Positions 1 through 23,826 of a stretch of 64,000 nt of DNA are shown here, piece by piece. The position numbers and the translations under genes are program-made. This DNA comes from the human T2T-CHM13v2.0 reference genome, Homo sapiens. The notes beneath the pieces were generated by a model. That model saw nothing but the letters and a program-made list of their open reading frames with translations. It did no database searches and had not been told where the DNA came from. Position 1 is the stretch's first letter; each line of letters opens with the position of its first letter. The stretch lies in NCBI RefSeq assembly GCF_009914755.1, contig NC_060946.1. The stretch is one strand, 5' to 3'.

Positions 1-312
1 TATTTATTTATTTATTTTTTTGAGATAGAGTCTCGCTCTGTTGCCCAGGCTGGAGTGCAGTGGCTTGACCTTGGCTCACTGCAATCTCTGCGTCCCAGGT
101 TTAAGCATCCTCCCAGCTCAGACTCCCGAGTAGCTAGGACTACAGATGTGTGCACCACCACACATGACTAATTTTTTTTTATTTTTATTTTTTGTGGAGA
201 CGGAGTTTTGCCATGTTGTCTAGGCTGGTCTTGAACTACCGGAGTCAAGCAGGAGTCTTGCCTCAGCCTCCCAAAGTGCTAGAATTACAGGTGTGAGCCA
301 CTGTACCTGGCC
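1..312 (-). mobile_element. Alu (old)
   Basis: poly-T tail then the reverse Alu consensus. Confidence 0.95.
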
Positions 313-1316
313 TAGATTTACATAATTTCCGCTACAACCGATTTCTAAAAGACAGTAGGCTTTATAATTGTATCACATTTCCATTGTAGTATACTTCAAT
401 TGTGGTTCTATGATCATATATTTGCAGAAGGTTTTGCCTATTTAGTTTTAGTGCAAAAATTCAGGTTTTTGCATGGAAGCAGGCTGTGCTATACCTCCAA
501 TTCCCAATTTTGTATTTTGTAGTAATTGCACTTAACCTTACGGAAACTAACAAAATTACTAAGCTTTAAAATTCAGATTAAATTTAAAATGTTGGCTTTC
601 ATTATACATTCCCTATAACTGTAATTTAGAACACATACCATCTCTCAAATTTGAAAAAAATTTAGAAAAACAACAAAATTTATACATGCTTTACAGAGTC
701 ATACCTGAGATCTTGAGATTATCTTTTAAATTTAATACACCAAGCTCTTTCCTTGAGGAAAAGTTTTCTATCCATAAAATAATCTGAAATCAGAGTTGCT
801 TCTAAGCAAACACACTTAAATTTCAGCTATCTATTTAGTGTCATCTAGTAGAGTAGGATTCTTTATTGGAAATATGAACAATTTACCTCTATTTTTGGCT
901 GCAATATTCTGAGTTTAACCCGAGGAAAAAAAATGTTCATTTTGATTAATTTTTGATTTTTCAGATATTCCACTTTTAGTAGACAAGTGAAATGCTGTCG
1001 TTTCAGACCTTTTATTTTTTAAATGTGATATTCTCTTTATTAAATGTATAAACTCAAAATCCTAGTTATTTTTGAGATTTCAAGTTCATTTTACACTTTG
1101 TATTATTCTAAGAAGAGCACATGCTTGGTTCCATTTACAACCACTTTAATCTTTAAGTTGCATTTATAAATTTAGCATCTTTAATTTCCTTCACTACTAT
1201 TTTAATGGCCTGACCACAATAGTGGCATGTGACCTGAGACCACAAACTTCTCTCTTCCTTTCCTGTATCTCTGAGGTAAACCGATCATCCCAGCTGCAGT
1301 ATCAGCCAAGGAGTAG

Positions 1317-1867
1317 TGTAACCGAGTATCCCAGCCTCGAAATGCATTTTAAAACTTTTTTTTCCTTTCTTGCTTTCAGCCTTGAAACATACTTTGAAAT
1401 TCTTTCTCTTTTTCCCACCAGGTGCTCCCGTGCACAGTGCTGACTTATCCGATTATGTGCTTGCTTAGAAATTTCAGGGGGCAGTTTTGCAACAAGCCAG
1501 GCAGAGAGACCCAGCTGTTGAATCCTCCCGCTCAAGGGAAGTTAGGAAGTTAGTCCACCACCACTGGGCTGAAGACAGGATGACACAAACCAGACCTCCA
1601 GATGGGTGATTACTTGAGATAGCTATAGAACAAGACATGCAGACCTGCATTCTCCTGCACCATGCCCGCATATTTTCTACACCTTTTTCCTTCTTAAATC
1701 CCTTCACTCAGCCCAGAAGGCAGAGACGTTTCCCTTTGAAGCTTGAGCCCAGCCATGGTCCCATCTGCTAGCATTTGACCAATAGAAGCTGCTTTCCTTT
1801 CACCACATACCAAGCTTCTCATGCTTTGACTGCTGAGCGGTGAGCAGCTGAACTTGAGCTGGTTACA
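1317..1867 (+). mobile_element. 5' LTR (MER66-like)
   Basis: TGTAACC...GGTTACA terminal inverted repeat; roughly 80% similar by eye to 7683-8167. Confidence 0.85.
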
Positions 1868-3680
1868 GACTTGGTGCCTGAGTGAGGAGGTGTGTGTTCT
1901 GAGCAGCTCAGCCTGTAGGCCTGGTTTCCAGCGAGTGGAGCAGTTGGCCAGGCAGTGGACCAAGGCTTACCCACTGATGGTACCAGGCAGGGCAGGGCCA
2001 TTTGCAAATGCTAGCTATGCTAGCTACTTGTGGCCAGCGGACCCTGCGACTGGGGCCTTGGGAATTCCCAACAGATGCAGAGACTGCCTTTGTTTGGGGT
2101 ATTTTCCTTTGCCTCCTTTTCATGGCATCAGGTGCTATCATGCTCTGATGGTGTAAGGAAAGCAGCATTCAGTAAGTTGATGGCCTTCAGGACTGGGTAA
2201 GTCAACCAGAGTGCACCTGGAGTTGTCTGTCTCTGCCATCTGGGCTGTCCAGCCACCTGGACCTAGCATAGGTCATCTTGGTGCCATCTGAGCCTCCATG
2301 CTATCTGCACCTAACACAGGTCACTCTGTGGTGCCCTCTGGGTTTGACACAAGATCTCAGGACTTTTCTCCAGTCTCTCCTCTTTGGGGATTGGTATGGA
2401 GTGCTCTGTCTGCATGGGATCTGTCTGTGTTTGTGTCTCTGTTTAGTGTTACCCCTTTCTCCAAGGGTGCTTTGGACTAGTCTCCATCCCACCCGCCAAG
2501 ACTAGGTCAGAAAGCATCAAGATAGGCTGCTTCTCTCCTCTGCAGGGGAGAAAGTTTCCAATATCCTAGCCTCTAATTTTGTCATCCTCTCTGAGACCTC
2601 CAGAGTATTTCCTGAATCCATGTCAAGGTTTGTGGGGGGAGAAAGCAAGTCAACTCTCTTTTCTAGACAATCTGAGACTCCACCTGGTTACATATTATGG
2701 CCAACTTTTGTGCACATTTTAAGCTGATGGGCAAATTACAGTAAGGGAAATTCAGAGGTCAAATGGTTAACCTGCAACTCTACAGTTAAGCAGAGTCTTC
2801 TAAGGCTCTCTACCTCTCTTTTCTTTTCTGCCTTCTTTGAATCTGCTGTTATTCAGCTACTGGTGTTGAGATAAAACTTACTGTTTCCACATTACTTGGA
2901 GATTTTGTTTTTCTTATACATTTCAGCCAGTTCTAGCTAAAATGGAAACACTAGAAACTCACTTGAAACTGCAGAAAAAAGAAGAGTAAAAAGGTTTTCA
3001 AAACCAAACTGCCATAGAAACTACTTTACCCAAATTTTGGTTCACAGATTTCCTTAAATTGGGGCAAACAGCTTTCCTTAGCCATGTGAACAGGTTCCAG
3101 TTTCATCAGAAAAATAATTTGGATCCAGCTATCTTTTATAAAGTGGTGAGTCTGTACTGCTATCTTATGGCTGGAGTTCCAAAGTAAAAGCTATTGGATC
3201 TTTGTGCATGTAGGTATACATGTTTAGATATGCTTGTGTGTACATACATGTATTATGTTGTATATTGTGTCTAGCATGCTACCAAATTGGATTATAAGTA
3301 AATGAGTACTCATAAATTAAATAAGTCCAGATGCTTTTCAAATTCACATGAATCTTTGGTAAATAAAACTAAAATTATTGATAGAAATGTCTTCACAATT
3401 GTCAGTATACATTTTTGTCTGAGTTTTTTAACCAAATGGTTTTATATTTGTCTCTGTCTACATGTTAAGGTGTCAGAGTTTCACATAAAGGTTATAGGAC
3501 TATAAACCCAAACAAAACCAAAATTATCTTTGTGTAATTTTTTTTGACAAAAAGACTAGATTGTTGGTTTAATTAAAACAGCTGCATCTTCTGAGTTATT
3601 GGCAAAATGTGTTTACCTTTAAGGTTCTTGGGTGTTCACCTGCTATTCAGACTTTTAAAATGGTTAATAAATAAATAACT

Positions 3681-3913
3681 TGTTTATTTATTTATTTATT
3701 TATTTATTTTTTGAGATAGGGTCTTGCTCTGTTGTCCAGGCTGGAGTACAATGGTGCAACCTTGCCTCACTGCAACCTCCTCCTCCCAGGCTTAAGTGAT
3801 CCTCCCACCTCAGTCTCCCAAGAAGCTGAACTATGGGTGTGTACCACCACGTGGTACCACCTAATTTTTGTATTTTTTTGTAGAGATGAAGTTTCTCCAT
3901 GTTGCTGAGGCTG
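3681..3913 (-). mobile_element. truncated AluJ-like
   Basis: (TTTA)n tail plus partial Alu. Confidence 0.9.
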
Positions 3914-4546
3914 AAATAAATTTAAATAATGACTAGATTTGTGTAACATCTCAGTTTTCAGAAGTAATCTAGATAAACTGTTAAAAATGGAAAAAATTGA
4001 GTACATGTAAATGAGATAAATGCTTGTAAGTGGACTTCTTGTATAATTTAAAATCTTGACATTATTTTGAATTAAATAATAGATGCTTTTTTGGATGTCT
4101 GGGTCATTTCCAATTAAGAAAAAAATAATGTGTGAAAACATGTTATAATGTTATAATATGGGAAAACGTAATATTATCAAATGGTTTATAATATTATGGA
4201 ATAGTTGTTTCATCTACAAAATGCTAATATCTAACAAACAGTTCAGGATTTCTTGCTTCATAGGTTTTTACTAAAATTTAAGGTTACCAAGAATAAAAAT
4301 TCTAATTAATATATAATCGTGTAAGTTGTGTTATTGAAAATTAACACAATACTTTTATGTAATTTGGGGGTTATTTAAAAGTAACTTCTAAAAGAAGGTA
4401 GAAAGGACCAGTAAGTAGGAGAGAGATGTTAAGAAAGTTGTGGTTATGAAGATGTGTTTTTGGTAAGAAAGTTTATAAAGAAAAGAAAATGATTTTGTAT
4501 AAAAATATAGCCTCATATGATAAATTTTTGTCCTAAAGAAAAATGA

Positions 4547-4955
<409 letters not shown>

Positions 4956-5545
4956 TATAAAAAGAATTTTGTCTTGTGGTTAAGTTAGCTATGATTAAAA
5001 CGGAATTATTTATGATAGTATTTCTAAAGAACAGTCCCCTATGTTAAAATGGGGCTTTCTTAAGCTATTGATTTGCTCTTATTGAAATTACAAGAAAATT
5101 TGCTTTTTAATTCTATAAACTGTTTCTTTTGAAAACTTCTCAGATTAATATCTCAAAAGTTCAGCTTTTTTTGTATCTCACTGCATTCAGCTTTTTCTCC
5201 CTTTGAAAAGGCCTGAGATGATAACTCTCCTTCAACTTTGTCCATCAACTTCTATAATTTTTTCCCCTCTGGTTCTAACTGTTGTGGCCAGATGCTGAAG
5301 TGTTTTATCTTAGAAGTCTGTAAAAGCAGTGGTTTCCTCCAGTATAACTTGATTCTGTTGTCTTGGCTTTTCTTGATATGTCTAAATTTTCAGTTAATCA
5401 GGAAACTTCTCATGCAGTTACTAAGAGTCATGTATTCCCCTGTTATACTCATGATCTTGAACATACTCTTTCTGTGTCTAAATAAATTAAAGCACTTTTT
5501 TTCATCAAGTTTGACTTCCAGGTTATCTAAGTGGGCTTCCCATAA

Positions 5546-6269
<724 letters not shown>

Positions 6270-7451
6270 ATAGGTTTTAGATTGCTTAAAAACCTGAGAT
6301 TTAAAAGGGTTAAGGCTTTTACGTCCATTTATCCTTCTGTATTGCCTTTAAAGTCTTTTAGTTATCTCCTTGTTTCAATGAGTAACTACTATTTTACAAT
6401 GACCATTATTCTGTTTTGATAAAATGTTTTGAGCTTTTTAACATCTTTGACAAACATCCTCAAATCAAATCCTAAATTAAGAGCCTGACTTACTGCTGAG
6501 GTTTATCAAAGCTATAAAAGTTAATCACTGGAAGGCTGTAAAATCTTTTTACAGCTTCCAGTCAGGTCATGAACTCAAGTATCACCACCTTCAGCCTCAA
6601 AAAAGCCCTAAAAGGTGCTATTAACTAATCTTTGTGCTGTTAAGTTATGGGGCTTTGACTCCTGGGTACACATATCTCATCTAAAGAAGGCATTGGCTCC
6701 TGCCAGTCTCTGACACCAAACTCGAGTTAGCCAAAGCCTCGTCTTTAGACCTGGGCAAAGGAGACAATCAAAGCAAACTGCTTTCATGAGACATCGGGAT
6801 AGGTTTGTATTGAAAAACATTAAGATTCATTTAATAATTTTGCCTCTATCTGAAATAATATAATTTGTTCTATGCCTTGATACTAAATAATTTAAATGTT
6901 TAATGACCTATGAACTTCCTTTCCTGTTCTCCTCAGAACTAGGCAGGGCTTATGATCTTTTTGTGTAAAACATTGCTAATTCTTTATGTTTTGTTTTGCC
7001 TTCAAAATTTGAAACTATTCAATCCCTGCAGGCCCAGGGACTATTGCATGAGATTTTAAGGGCTGATTTTGAGAGAGAAAATTATTTCAGACTCTCCAAA
7101 TCGAGAACTAGCACACAGATGCCTAAACGGCTGAACAAAATGCTTGTGTTTTGTATAGCCAATTTCTACAAGTCAAAAATACAGTAGTTCAATGCATTGA
7201 ATTTATAGAGAAGTCAATTTTAGAACCTTGCCTTTTGGCTTTTGGTTTTTGGCTCTTACATTGCTTAAAGGGGGTTTCCCCTCTGGCCTAGACTGTTTAA
7301 TTAGCTATAAGTCTTTTGATTTTAAGTCCCTTTGCCAAAGGGGTTCCACTGAGGGACATGATGAACTTGGGGCAGATAGCATCAATATTGGACAAAATAA
7401 AAGCTTGGCCATTGATGCTACATCTAGCATACCTTGACAAAAGAGGCGGAA

Positions 7452-8167
7452 TATAAACAGAAAAAAAATCCTAAGCCTCCCAAGAGACAGAATGGACCCG
7501 TTTTCCCTCCCCCACCTTCCCCCATCTTGGCCAAGAGGGATCCGAAAGGAACCTGAAAAACTGTTCAGTCCATGACAGAAAGCAGGGGGTTAGACACACC
7601 TTGCTACACCTTCCCCCTCCTTTGGAATTCAGGCACAACTGACCATCATTACCATTAAAATAGAGATCATAAAACTGACAGAACTTTGAAATTCTTTGTT
7701 TCCCTCCATTTCCCCATCAGGCGCTCCCATGCACAGCGCTTGCTTATCTAATTATGTGCTTGCTTAGAAATTCCAGGGGCTAGTTTTTAAACAAGCCAGG
7801 CAGAGAGACCCAGCTGCAGAATCCTCCTGCTCAGGGGGTGTTAGGAACAGTTAGCCCACCACCACTGGGTCGAAGTCAGGATGATGCCAAGTGGACCTCT
7901 GTAGAGCGATTACTCAAGATAACCATCAGAACCAGACACGCACACCTACACCCCCCTTTTCATGAGTCCCGCATATTCCCCACACCTTTTTCCTTCTTAA
8001 ACCCCTTCACTCAGCCCAGAAGGCAAAGATGGTCTCTTTGAGGCTTTAGCCTGGCCATTCTCCCATCTGCTGGCATTTCACCACTAGAAGCTGCTTTCCT
8101 CTTGCCACACCTTGCTTCTTATGCTTTGACTTGTGAGCAGCGAGTAGCCGGACTTGAGCCAGTTACA
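7452..8167 (+). mobile_element. chimeric 3' LTR: MER4-like 5' part (7452-7682) plus MER66-like remainder (7683-8167)
   Basis: T(A)TAAACAGAAAAAAAATCCTAAGCC...AACTGACAG resembles a MER4 LTR start; from 7683 it aligns with the 5' LTR from ~1391. Confidence 0.7.
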
Positions 8168-8569
8168 GTAGTGCCTTCTCTAACCTGTTCCTCAGCAGAA
8201 CATTTCAAGTAAACCATTTTTGCTCCTTACTAGTTTCTGTAATCTCAGTGGGTGTCTCCCTCAACAGACCTTGTCATAGCCCCATGTAATGGATCAGCTG
8301 GTAGACTGAAAAACAAAAAAAAGAAATTACCTTCCTTCTAGTTGCTGATCACCAGGGCTAGGCTAACTTCTTCCCCTTTTCTAACTCTTCCCATAATGCT
8401 AAGCATCCTAACCTCAATCATGGCACTATTCTCTGCTTAGCATCCTTCACCCCATTCTGTCCTCCCTCCCTCACTCTCTCCTTCCCTCTCTCCCTCCCCA
8501 CCACCTTCCATCATGGTCTGACTGTGAGTTGGGGGGGTCTTCTGTTGATGATACTTTTTCCTACTTAAG

Positions 8570-10850
<2,281 letters not shown>

Positions 10851-11699
10851 CTCTTTACCATTCTTCTCCCATTGTTTCTTTATCATCTTTTTTATTAAAT
10901 CAACTTATCTTTACTTTCCTTCACATCATCTCAAATCAAAACTTCCAGAAACTTGCTTGCTGCTTCCCAGCTTTTCACAGTAGCTTGATTCCAACACCAT
11001 GGGTTTGTTTCCAAGTAGTCTTCTCCCCACACCCCATATCCTTGTTCCTTATTTTCAGTTCATGTAAGCGCAATGACACAGTGACAAGCTCACACTGCCT
11101 TGCCAGCATCCACACTGGGCTCCTGCAAAAATGATCTTTATGGTCACTTGCTGTGTCCGATGATGTGAACCAACCTAGGCCAATTTGGCCAAGCCAACTC
11201 CTAGCTTTGTTTTGGTAGATGTTGTTTAACTGTTAAAAGTTTGAGGTCGATAAGGAGGTGTGTCTATGTATGTAGCAGAATCTGGAGTGGGGGAAGCAAG
11301 TAGCACCTCCTTTTCCACCTCAGGACACTCTCAGACAAAAACTGAGTTTAACACCAAAAGACTCTCGTTTTAGAACTAAAACATGCTTATCACAGTGACT
11401 GCGATCACTTTGAAACACTTCATCATAGATAGTGTGTCCCAGTGGTCGGCTGGCATCATATTAGAGGTGGATTTCAGAGGAAGGGACCACTTTTGCTATC
11501 ATATCTAGAACAATACCTCAGGCTTGCTAAGAAGTAAATTTAATGTCAGAAATGAGTTTTCACTGATGAAATTAACAACTTGTTAATTAGTATGATGACT
11601 CTTAACGAAAAGCTCTAATGGTTAAATTAAAGATATTAATTTCCAAATTTGGATATTTTAAGGGATTTTTTAGTTACTGAGTTCTAGTTTAATTACATT

Positions 11700-12000
11700 T
11701 TAATAAGAGTATATACTCTGTATGATTTCAATCCTTTTACATTTATTGAGACATCTTATGCCCCAGTGTATGTCTAAACTTGGTAATGTTCCATGTACAT
11801 TTAAAAAAAGGTATATTTTACAGTTTTTTGATGTAGTGTCCTACAAACGTCATTTAGATTAAGCTGGTTGATAGTGTTGTTTAAATCTACCACATCTTTA
11901 TTGATTTTTTTTATCCATTTGTTCTATCAATTACTGAAAATGGAGTATTAAAATCTCCAACTCTAATTGTGTTTTTTCTGTTTTCCTTTTAGCTTTATCA
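11700..12000 (-). mobile_element. old L1 fragment
   Basis: tactctgtatgatttcaatcc...aaatctccaactctaattgt, typical antisense L1M ORF2. Confidence 0.7.
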
Positions 12001-12214
12001 GCATTTGTGGAATGCAGATAAAGCAATTCTTAGAGAAAAATTTATAGCTTTAAATGCTGTTATTAGAAAAGGAAAGAGGTTTGAAATCAGCCATCTGTGG
12101 TTTCATTTTGATTATATAGAAAAAGAAGAGCAAATTAAACCTAAAATATGCAGGAGGAAGGAAATAATAAAGATAAGAGTGGAAATGAAATAAATAGAAA
12201 GCAGATAGGCAACA

Positions 12215-12581
<367 letters not shown>

Positions 12582-13041
12582 TCAAAATATAATATTGAAA
12601 AACAATGACATGTAATTCAAGAAGGAGTAAATCAGTGGTAAAGTATTCTAAGGTCTTGAAATTTTCAGAAGGGGGTAGAATAATATATTAATTTTAAAAT
12701 TTGTTATATATACATGCAGAGCCTCAAAGATTATCCCTAAAAAGAAAAGAAATGGAGCATGTAAATTCAAAACAGTATAGGAAATAGGAAATACAAATAG
12801 GAATAGGGAAAACAAATAAAAGAAGCCCAATTAGTAAAACAAAAAACAAAAAACCAAGAAAGAAAAACAAAGAAGCATGAAAAAAATGCAAAAAAGAATA
12901 AGATGATAGAGGTGCGTTAAAAAATAACAATAATCACAGAGGTGTATGGACTAAACCCACCAGTTAGAGGACAGAGATTTTCAAAATGGATTACCTCTCC
13001 CCCATCCAACTTTCTAAGAGATGTATTAAAAGTCAAAGAAC

Positions 13042-13350
<309 letters not shown>

Positions 13351-13414
13351 TCAAAGAACACAGAAAGCTTGAAAATAAAAAGATTTTTTAAGTGCCAAGA
13401 AAGCAAGTTTATGA

Positions 13415-13736
<322 letters not shown>

Positions 13737-14516
13737 CAGATAAAAATATTCTTTAAAGAAAAGTCATTACTAAGGATAGAGAGGGTATGTACATAAAGAT
13801 AAAGTATTTTAATTCACCAAGATGATAAACTAATTTAAAACTTGTACATATCTTATAGCCTTAAAATGAATAAAGCAAGAATCAACAGAAAAAAGAAAAG
13901 AAACCCAAGAAGAACTTGACAAATCCACCACCATTATGGAAGATTCTAACATATTTCTATCATTGGTAGATCATGCAGAAAAAAGAACCTGTAAGAGTGT
14001 AAAAGATTTGAACAGTACTGCTAACCAGCTTGATTGAATGCTCATTTATAGAATGTTTTGCATAAGAATTAGATAATACACATTCATTTCAAACTCTTGT
14101 GGAACATTTGTGAAAAATGACCATGTATTATGCCATAATCAAGTCTCAATAAAGACCAAAGATTGAAATTATACAGATCACCTTCTGTGATTATATTGCA
14201 TAAATTATAAATCAACAACAAAAAATAAATTATTAATACATTTGGAAATGAAAATGTTCACTTTTTATACAGTCCATTAGTCAAAGACAAAATTCTAATG
14301 GAAATTAGAAAAATGTTAAACTGAAAGATGATGACAATATCACATATTAAAACTTCTCACATGCAATTAAAATAGTACTTAGAGAAAAATTGATAGCCTT
14401 AATTTCATACACTGGAAAACAAGGGAGACTAAAAATTAATGAGCGAACCATCTATCTGAAGAAGTTAGGGATAAAACTGCAGCAGAACAAACTCAAAGAA
14501 AGAGAAGGAAGCTAAT

Positions 14517-14880
14517 TACTATTGTCTGAATGTTTGCATCTCCCCCCAGAACCACATGTTGAAATCCTAACCCCCGGTGAGTTGGTATCAGGAGATGGGG
14601 CACTTGGAGGTGAGTAGGTCGTGAGGGTGGGGCCCTCATGAATGGGATTAGTGCCTCTTATAACAAGAGGCACAAAAGAGATTATCTGTGTCTGCCATGA
14701 GAGGGCATAGCCAGGAGGCACCCTCTATGAACCTGAAAGTGAGCCCTCATCAGACACTGAATCTGTTAGAGTCTTTATCTTGGACCTCCCAGCCTCTGGA
14801 ACAGTGAGAAATAAATTTCTGTGTTTATAAGCTATCCAGTCTATGGTATTTTATTATAACAACCTGAACAGACTAAGACA
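14517..14880 (+). mobile_element. MaLR solo LTR (MLT1A/MST-like)
   Basis: ...tgaatgtttg...atgaatgggattagtgcctcttata...gactaagaca end. Confidence 0.85.
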
Positions 14881-14896
14881 GAAATAATAAAGGGTA

Positions 14897-15598
<702 letters not shown>

Positions 15599-15599
15599 C

Positions 15600-16600
15600 T
15601 ATGTTTACACTTAACAGGTTGCAACTATCCTTCATGCAAATGAAGACATTCTCAGTCTTTCCCCAAAATGGGGAGATGCAAAGATTCCAACAGCATTGTA
15701 TCCATCTCCGGACAATGTTAATAACCCCTCAAATCCAGTCACAGTGCCGGCTGAATATTCCGTTATCTAAATACTGAATTGGAAAGTTAACTTCCAAGAA
15801 AACTTATCAAAAAATAAATAATAGGAAGGGAGAGAAAGAAGGAAAAAAAGTGGTTAACATATACAAACACATACACACACACAAACACAGCAAACGAAGA
15901 AAGAAAGGTACACAACTGCTACAGTCCTTGTTTCTGTAATAGGCCATGTGGCTGAAGTTGACATTCCAATTCTGTCTTCCACTCTTCCTTGTACATATCT
16001 TTTGCTCTCAACTGGCTAGGCCTCTTTGCCTGATGGAGTGACCTAAATCTTCATCCTGAGGTGTCTGGATCCTTAGTGGTCCTGCCTTTTTTGACTGTCA
16101 TGTTTTTTCACTTATTTTTATGGTTGGACATGGAAGTCCTAAGGGGCATCCTAGAGCATCCTTGGGGGTTCAGATGTGGTCCTCCCTACCTCCACTGTGT
16201 GGCAGCAACCCAATTTCTCCTTGTAATAGGGATCAGTCGCCCCAGGCAGTAGAGTAACCCCTTTCTTCTCTCGGTTCAGTGGCATGAAGATTCCCAATGG
16301 CCAGCAGCAGTCCCAACATCCAATTCAATGGAGCTGCAGTTGTGTCCTCTGGTGGCAGGATTCCTCTCTTGGGAGCCATGACCATGACCTCCAAACCTGC
16401 AGAGCTCAGAGCTGTGGAGATGGGAAGAAAGATTCTGCACACAGGTTATTAGGTGTGCAGTGAGAGGAGCCACTCCCATGTCTATCTGGAATTCCATATT
16501 CTGGTGATAGGAGAGAAAGCACCACATACTAATTTCTGATCCAAAGCATAAACTGCATCCTGTTGATAGAAGTCAAATCCTTTCAAGTTCTTCTTTCACC
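15600..16600 (-). mobile_element. ERVL internal remnant (post-integrase dUTPase-like region)
   Basis: ORF 16233-16442 (-) SAGLEV..PKRGILPPEDTTAAPLNW resembles ERVL SAGLEVLVPEGGMLPPGDTTMIPLNW. Confidence 0.75.
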
Positions 16601-17401
16601 CTGGACGATTCTCTCTTGAGAGATCATTTATCATACCAGAAATCTGGTATGGTAAAGCAGATTTTGGAGGCAAAGACAGGGAGGTGAGGCCTGAGGCTTG
16701 AGACAGAAAGAAAAGAGGACCGTAGAGAGAAGGCACACAGAGGGGCCCAGACTTTGTGTTGTTCATGTCCTTGAGTAAGGGGTTAGGAGGGATAAGAAGA
16801 GTCAATAGAGGAGTTCTTATAAGAAGAACAGAATTGCCACATGCATTGCTATAAAAACAGAGTCTCAAGGAGAGAGGGTCAGCACTTCCAGGCACCACAG
16901 GTTAGCCGGCAGAGAAGGATGAGCATGGCTCTGGGCATCCCTTGCTAGGGCACCCATTCTCTGTGAACTCTTGTGCCTGAATCTCATTGACTGGCTTTCG
17001 AGGCTTAAAGCAGAAAAGCACCGTGTAACTTGGCTTAGGAATTGCTCTTAGACAAATCTATAGATCCTGGTCTCTTAACATCTGCTTTCCCCGGAAGCCA
17101 GCAGTGGGAGCTCCCCTTTCTCCACTGATGGGTCCAAATGGAAGCGTTCCTGGGTATTTTTGGTTCTCAGCCCCATCTTCCAGCCTGGAGGGGAGGGTTG
17201 TAACAGTTCACAACATGAGCACTGGTGAAAATCCAGTTACTCCAGCAGCAAGAGCACAACCTATGAGAGGCAGGGGGGTTCTGCCCTCAGACTGGCTCTT
17301 GCATAGGGAGAGAAGACCTTGTGCTGATAGGACTCACCTGTTTGGCACAGGAGGCACCCATCAGCGCTGTTCATGGTCCTGAACTACAGCTGCTGGTCTC
17401 T

Positions 17402-17695
17402 CTTTTTTTGTTTTTGTTTTTTTTTGAGATGGAGCCTTGCTCTGTTGCCCAGGCTGGAGTGCAGTGGTGTGATCTTGACTCACTGCAACCTCCGCCTCCG
17501 GGTTCAAACGATTCTCCTGCCTCAGCCTCCCAAGTAGCTGGGATTACAGGCGCCCACCACCATGCCCAGCTAATTTTTGTATTTTTAGGAGAGATGAGGT
17601 TTCACCATGTTGGCCAGGCTGGTCTCGAACTCCTGACTTCAGGTGATCCACCTGCCAAAGTGCTGGGATTACAGGTTGAGACACCGCACCCGGCC
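17402..17695 (-). mobile_element. AluS
   Basis: TSD cagctgctggtctct. Confidence 0.95.
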
Positions 17696-18124
17696 CAGCT
17701 GCTGGTCTCTATTGCATTCTCCTTCCACTTTCCATAGAGTCAGTGGTGACTTCAGTCCAGCCTCTCCCAAGAATTGGGAATCAAGTTAGCAAGGACGTGA
17801 GAGGAGAGGGGAACATGGCTGGAATCCTTTGGAGAATAATGCTGCTGAGACATTTGCAGGGAGAAGAAAATGGGACTTTTTCTTTTGGTCATCTTTGACA
17901 AAGTTTTACAATTACCAAGACCTCTGAGAAGCTGGGAAGCGCATGACACCACTATACCACATCCCTCTGCTGGCAAGTTCATAGAAGGGGATGGAGACCT
18001 AGGACTGTGAATTCCAGGAGTGCAGGGTCCATATTGGACTCCCTTATCCCTTGTCAGTGTACAAGGCAGGCATTCAATAAGTGTTGGTTGAACTGATAAG
18101 ATGTTGGGTGTAAGAGACTAAGTA

Positions 18125-20751
<2,627 letters not shown>

Positions 20752-21116
20752 CACTCAGGATAAGTTATGCTTTCATCCCTCCTCTAAGGAGAGCAAAAGG
20801 GCTCAAATTTGAGGTCCAAGTATGTGTCAGGCATTTGATATTAGGGTCTTTCACTTAATTCTCATAGGAGATTTATCACAAATTTCCCAATCAAGATTCA
20901 GCCTCATAGAAGTGAGCCTCCTGAGTGAGACTCTGTGGCTCCTAAGTGGGGAATCTAGGGCTCGAACCCAGGTCTTGCTGATCCCATGTTTTTCTCACCA
21001 TCACTGGATACTTCCTTCTTATGCAAGGAGAGAAATGCAAATTCTACAAAAGAAAAATGGGCTTGTGGTCTAGACAAGCATCTTGGTTAATGTCTGAGGG
21101 TCATGTTAAAAGCTTA

Positions 21117-21461
<345 letters not shown>

Positions 21462-22021
21462 TCAGGAGCTTAGGTCTAGGGTTGAGCTCAGATCTCGACA
21501 TGGACCAGGCTTTTCCCCTGTCTCAGTGCCTCATTTATGGTTCAGTTTCAGGCAGCAAAACTAATGAATGATTTCCAACCACAGAAGCCGTCACTGGGAG
21601 AGCCAATAAAGATACGACAGATCTGGCAGGAGAACAAGATCCAGCCCAGGTGATGGGGTGTGAGGCTTGGTCTTAGCTACAGGTAGGTCGTTTCCCTTAG
21701 CTCCTGGATGACTCAGCTTGGCAGCCACCCAGACTTCTATCAGGACCCAGAGGTGCTGCCAGCTCTGGAGCCATGTCAGGCCAGCTTTCTCCCCATGTCA
21801 CCAGGGAATGGAGATTTTTCTGGTCTGCTGGGGCTTTTCCTAATTCTGCACGGTCGGCTTGAGACTGTCCACCTGTTGCTCCATCTAGGCTGCGTTGCCC
21901 TTATGAGCCGTCTTCACAAGGTACGTTTGGAGGATGTCAGGATGTCTTTCAAAGGATTTGTAGACATGCTTTAAAGTACTTACGGAGTCAATGTCCCCTT
22001 TGCTTCAAGCTTCTCTCCTAC

Positions 22022-22941
<920 letters not shown>

Positions 22942-23540
22942 TTACCCACACTGGTGGGCCCCGTAGGCTTCCTGGTTGGTCCAGGAGTGGATGCCTGATG
23001 CAGGCTGCACAAATCAGATTCTCTCTTCTGGAGATTTAGAATCGAGAACCAGTGGTTATCATAGGTTAGCCTTGGCTGTCAGACCTGGAAGGTGAGGAGA
23101 CCCAGAGCTGAGGGTGCCCTTTTGGGACAGGTGTCAAATCCTTGTACAAACAGAGAAACCAGACTGACAAGGGGGTAGGATGAAGGAGCTGAAGGAGAAG
23201 CAGAGCCACAGAGGACCGGGCAGAGAGAGGGGCTGCCTTGGTGGGGACAGCCTGTAGACAGCGCCAACGACGTGGGGCTGGTGCTGTCCCCACTGTGGTC
23301 TCAAACACCAGACTAGTGCCCGGTCAGCACAGAGTTCAGGACAGTGGTGCAGCTGACACCCAGAAAGACACCGCAGTGGAAAGCCTGGCCTGACGCTCCC
23401 AGCTCTCTCCCTGCCATGCACTGACTCCATGTCCTGTGAGGAGGAGGTGGGAGGAGAGTTTTATTAGGGGAATTCATTTGTAATAATTGCCTAAGTATTT
23501 GCTACTTAGGAGAACATGGATCTGCAAAGGGTCCATGACC

Positions 23541-23826
<286 letters not shown>

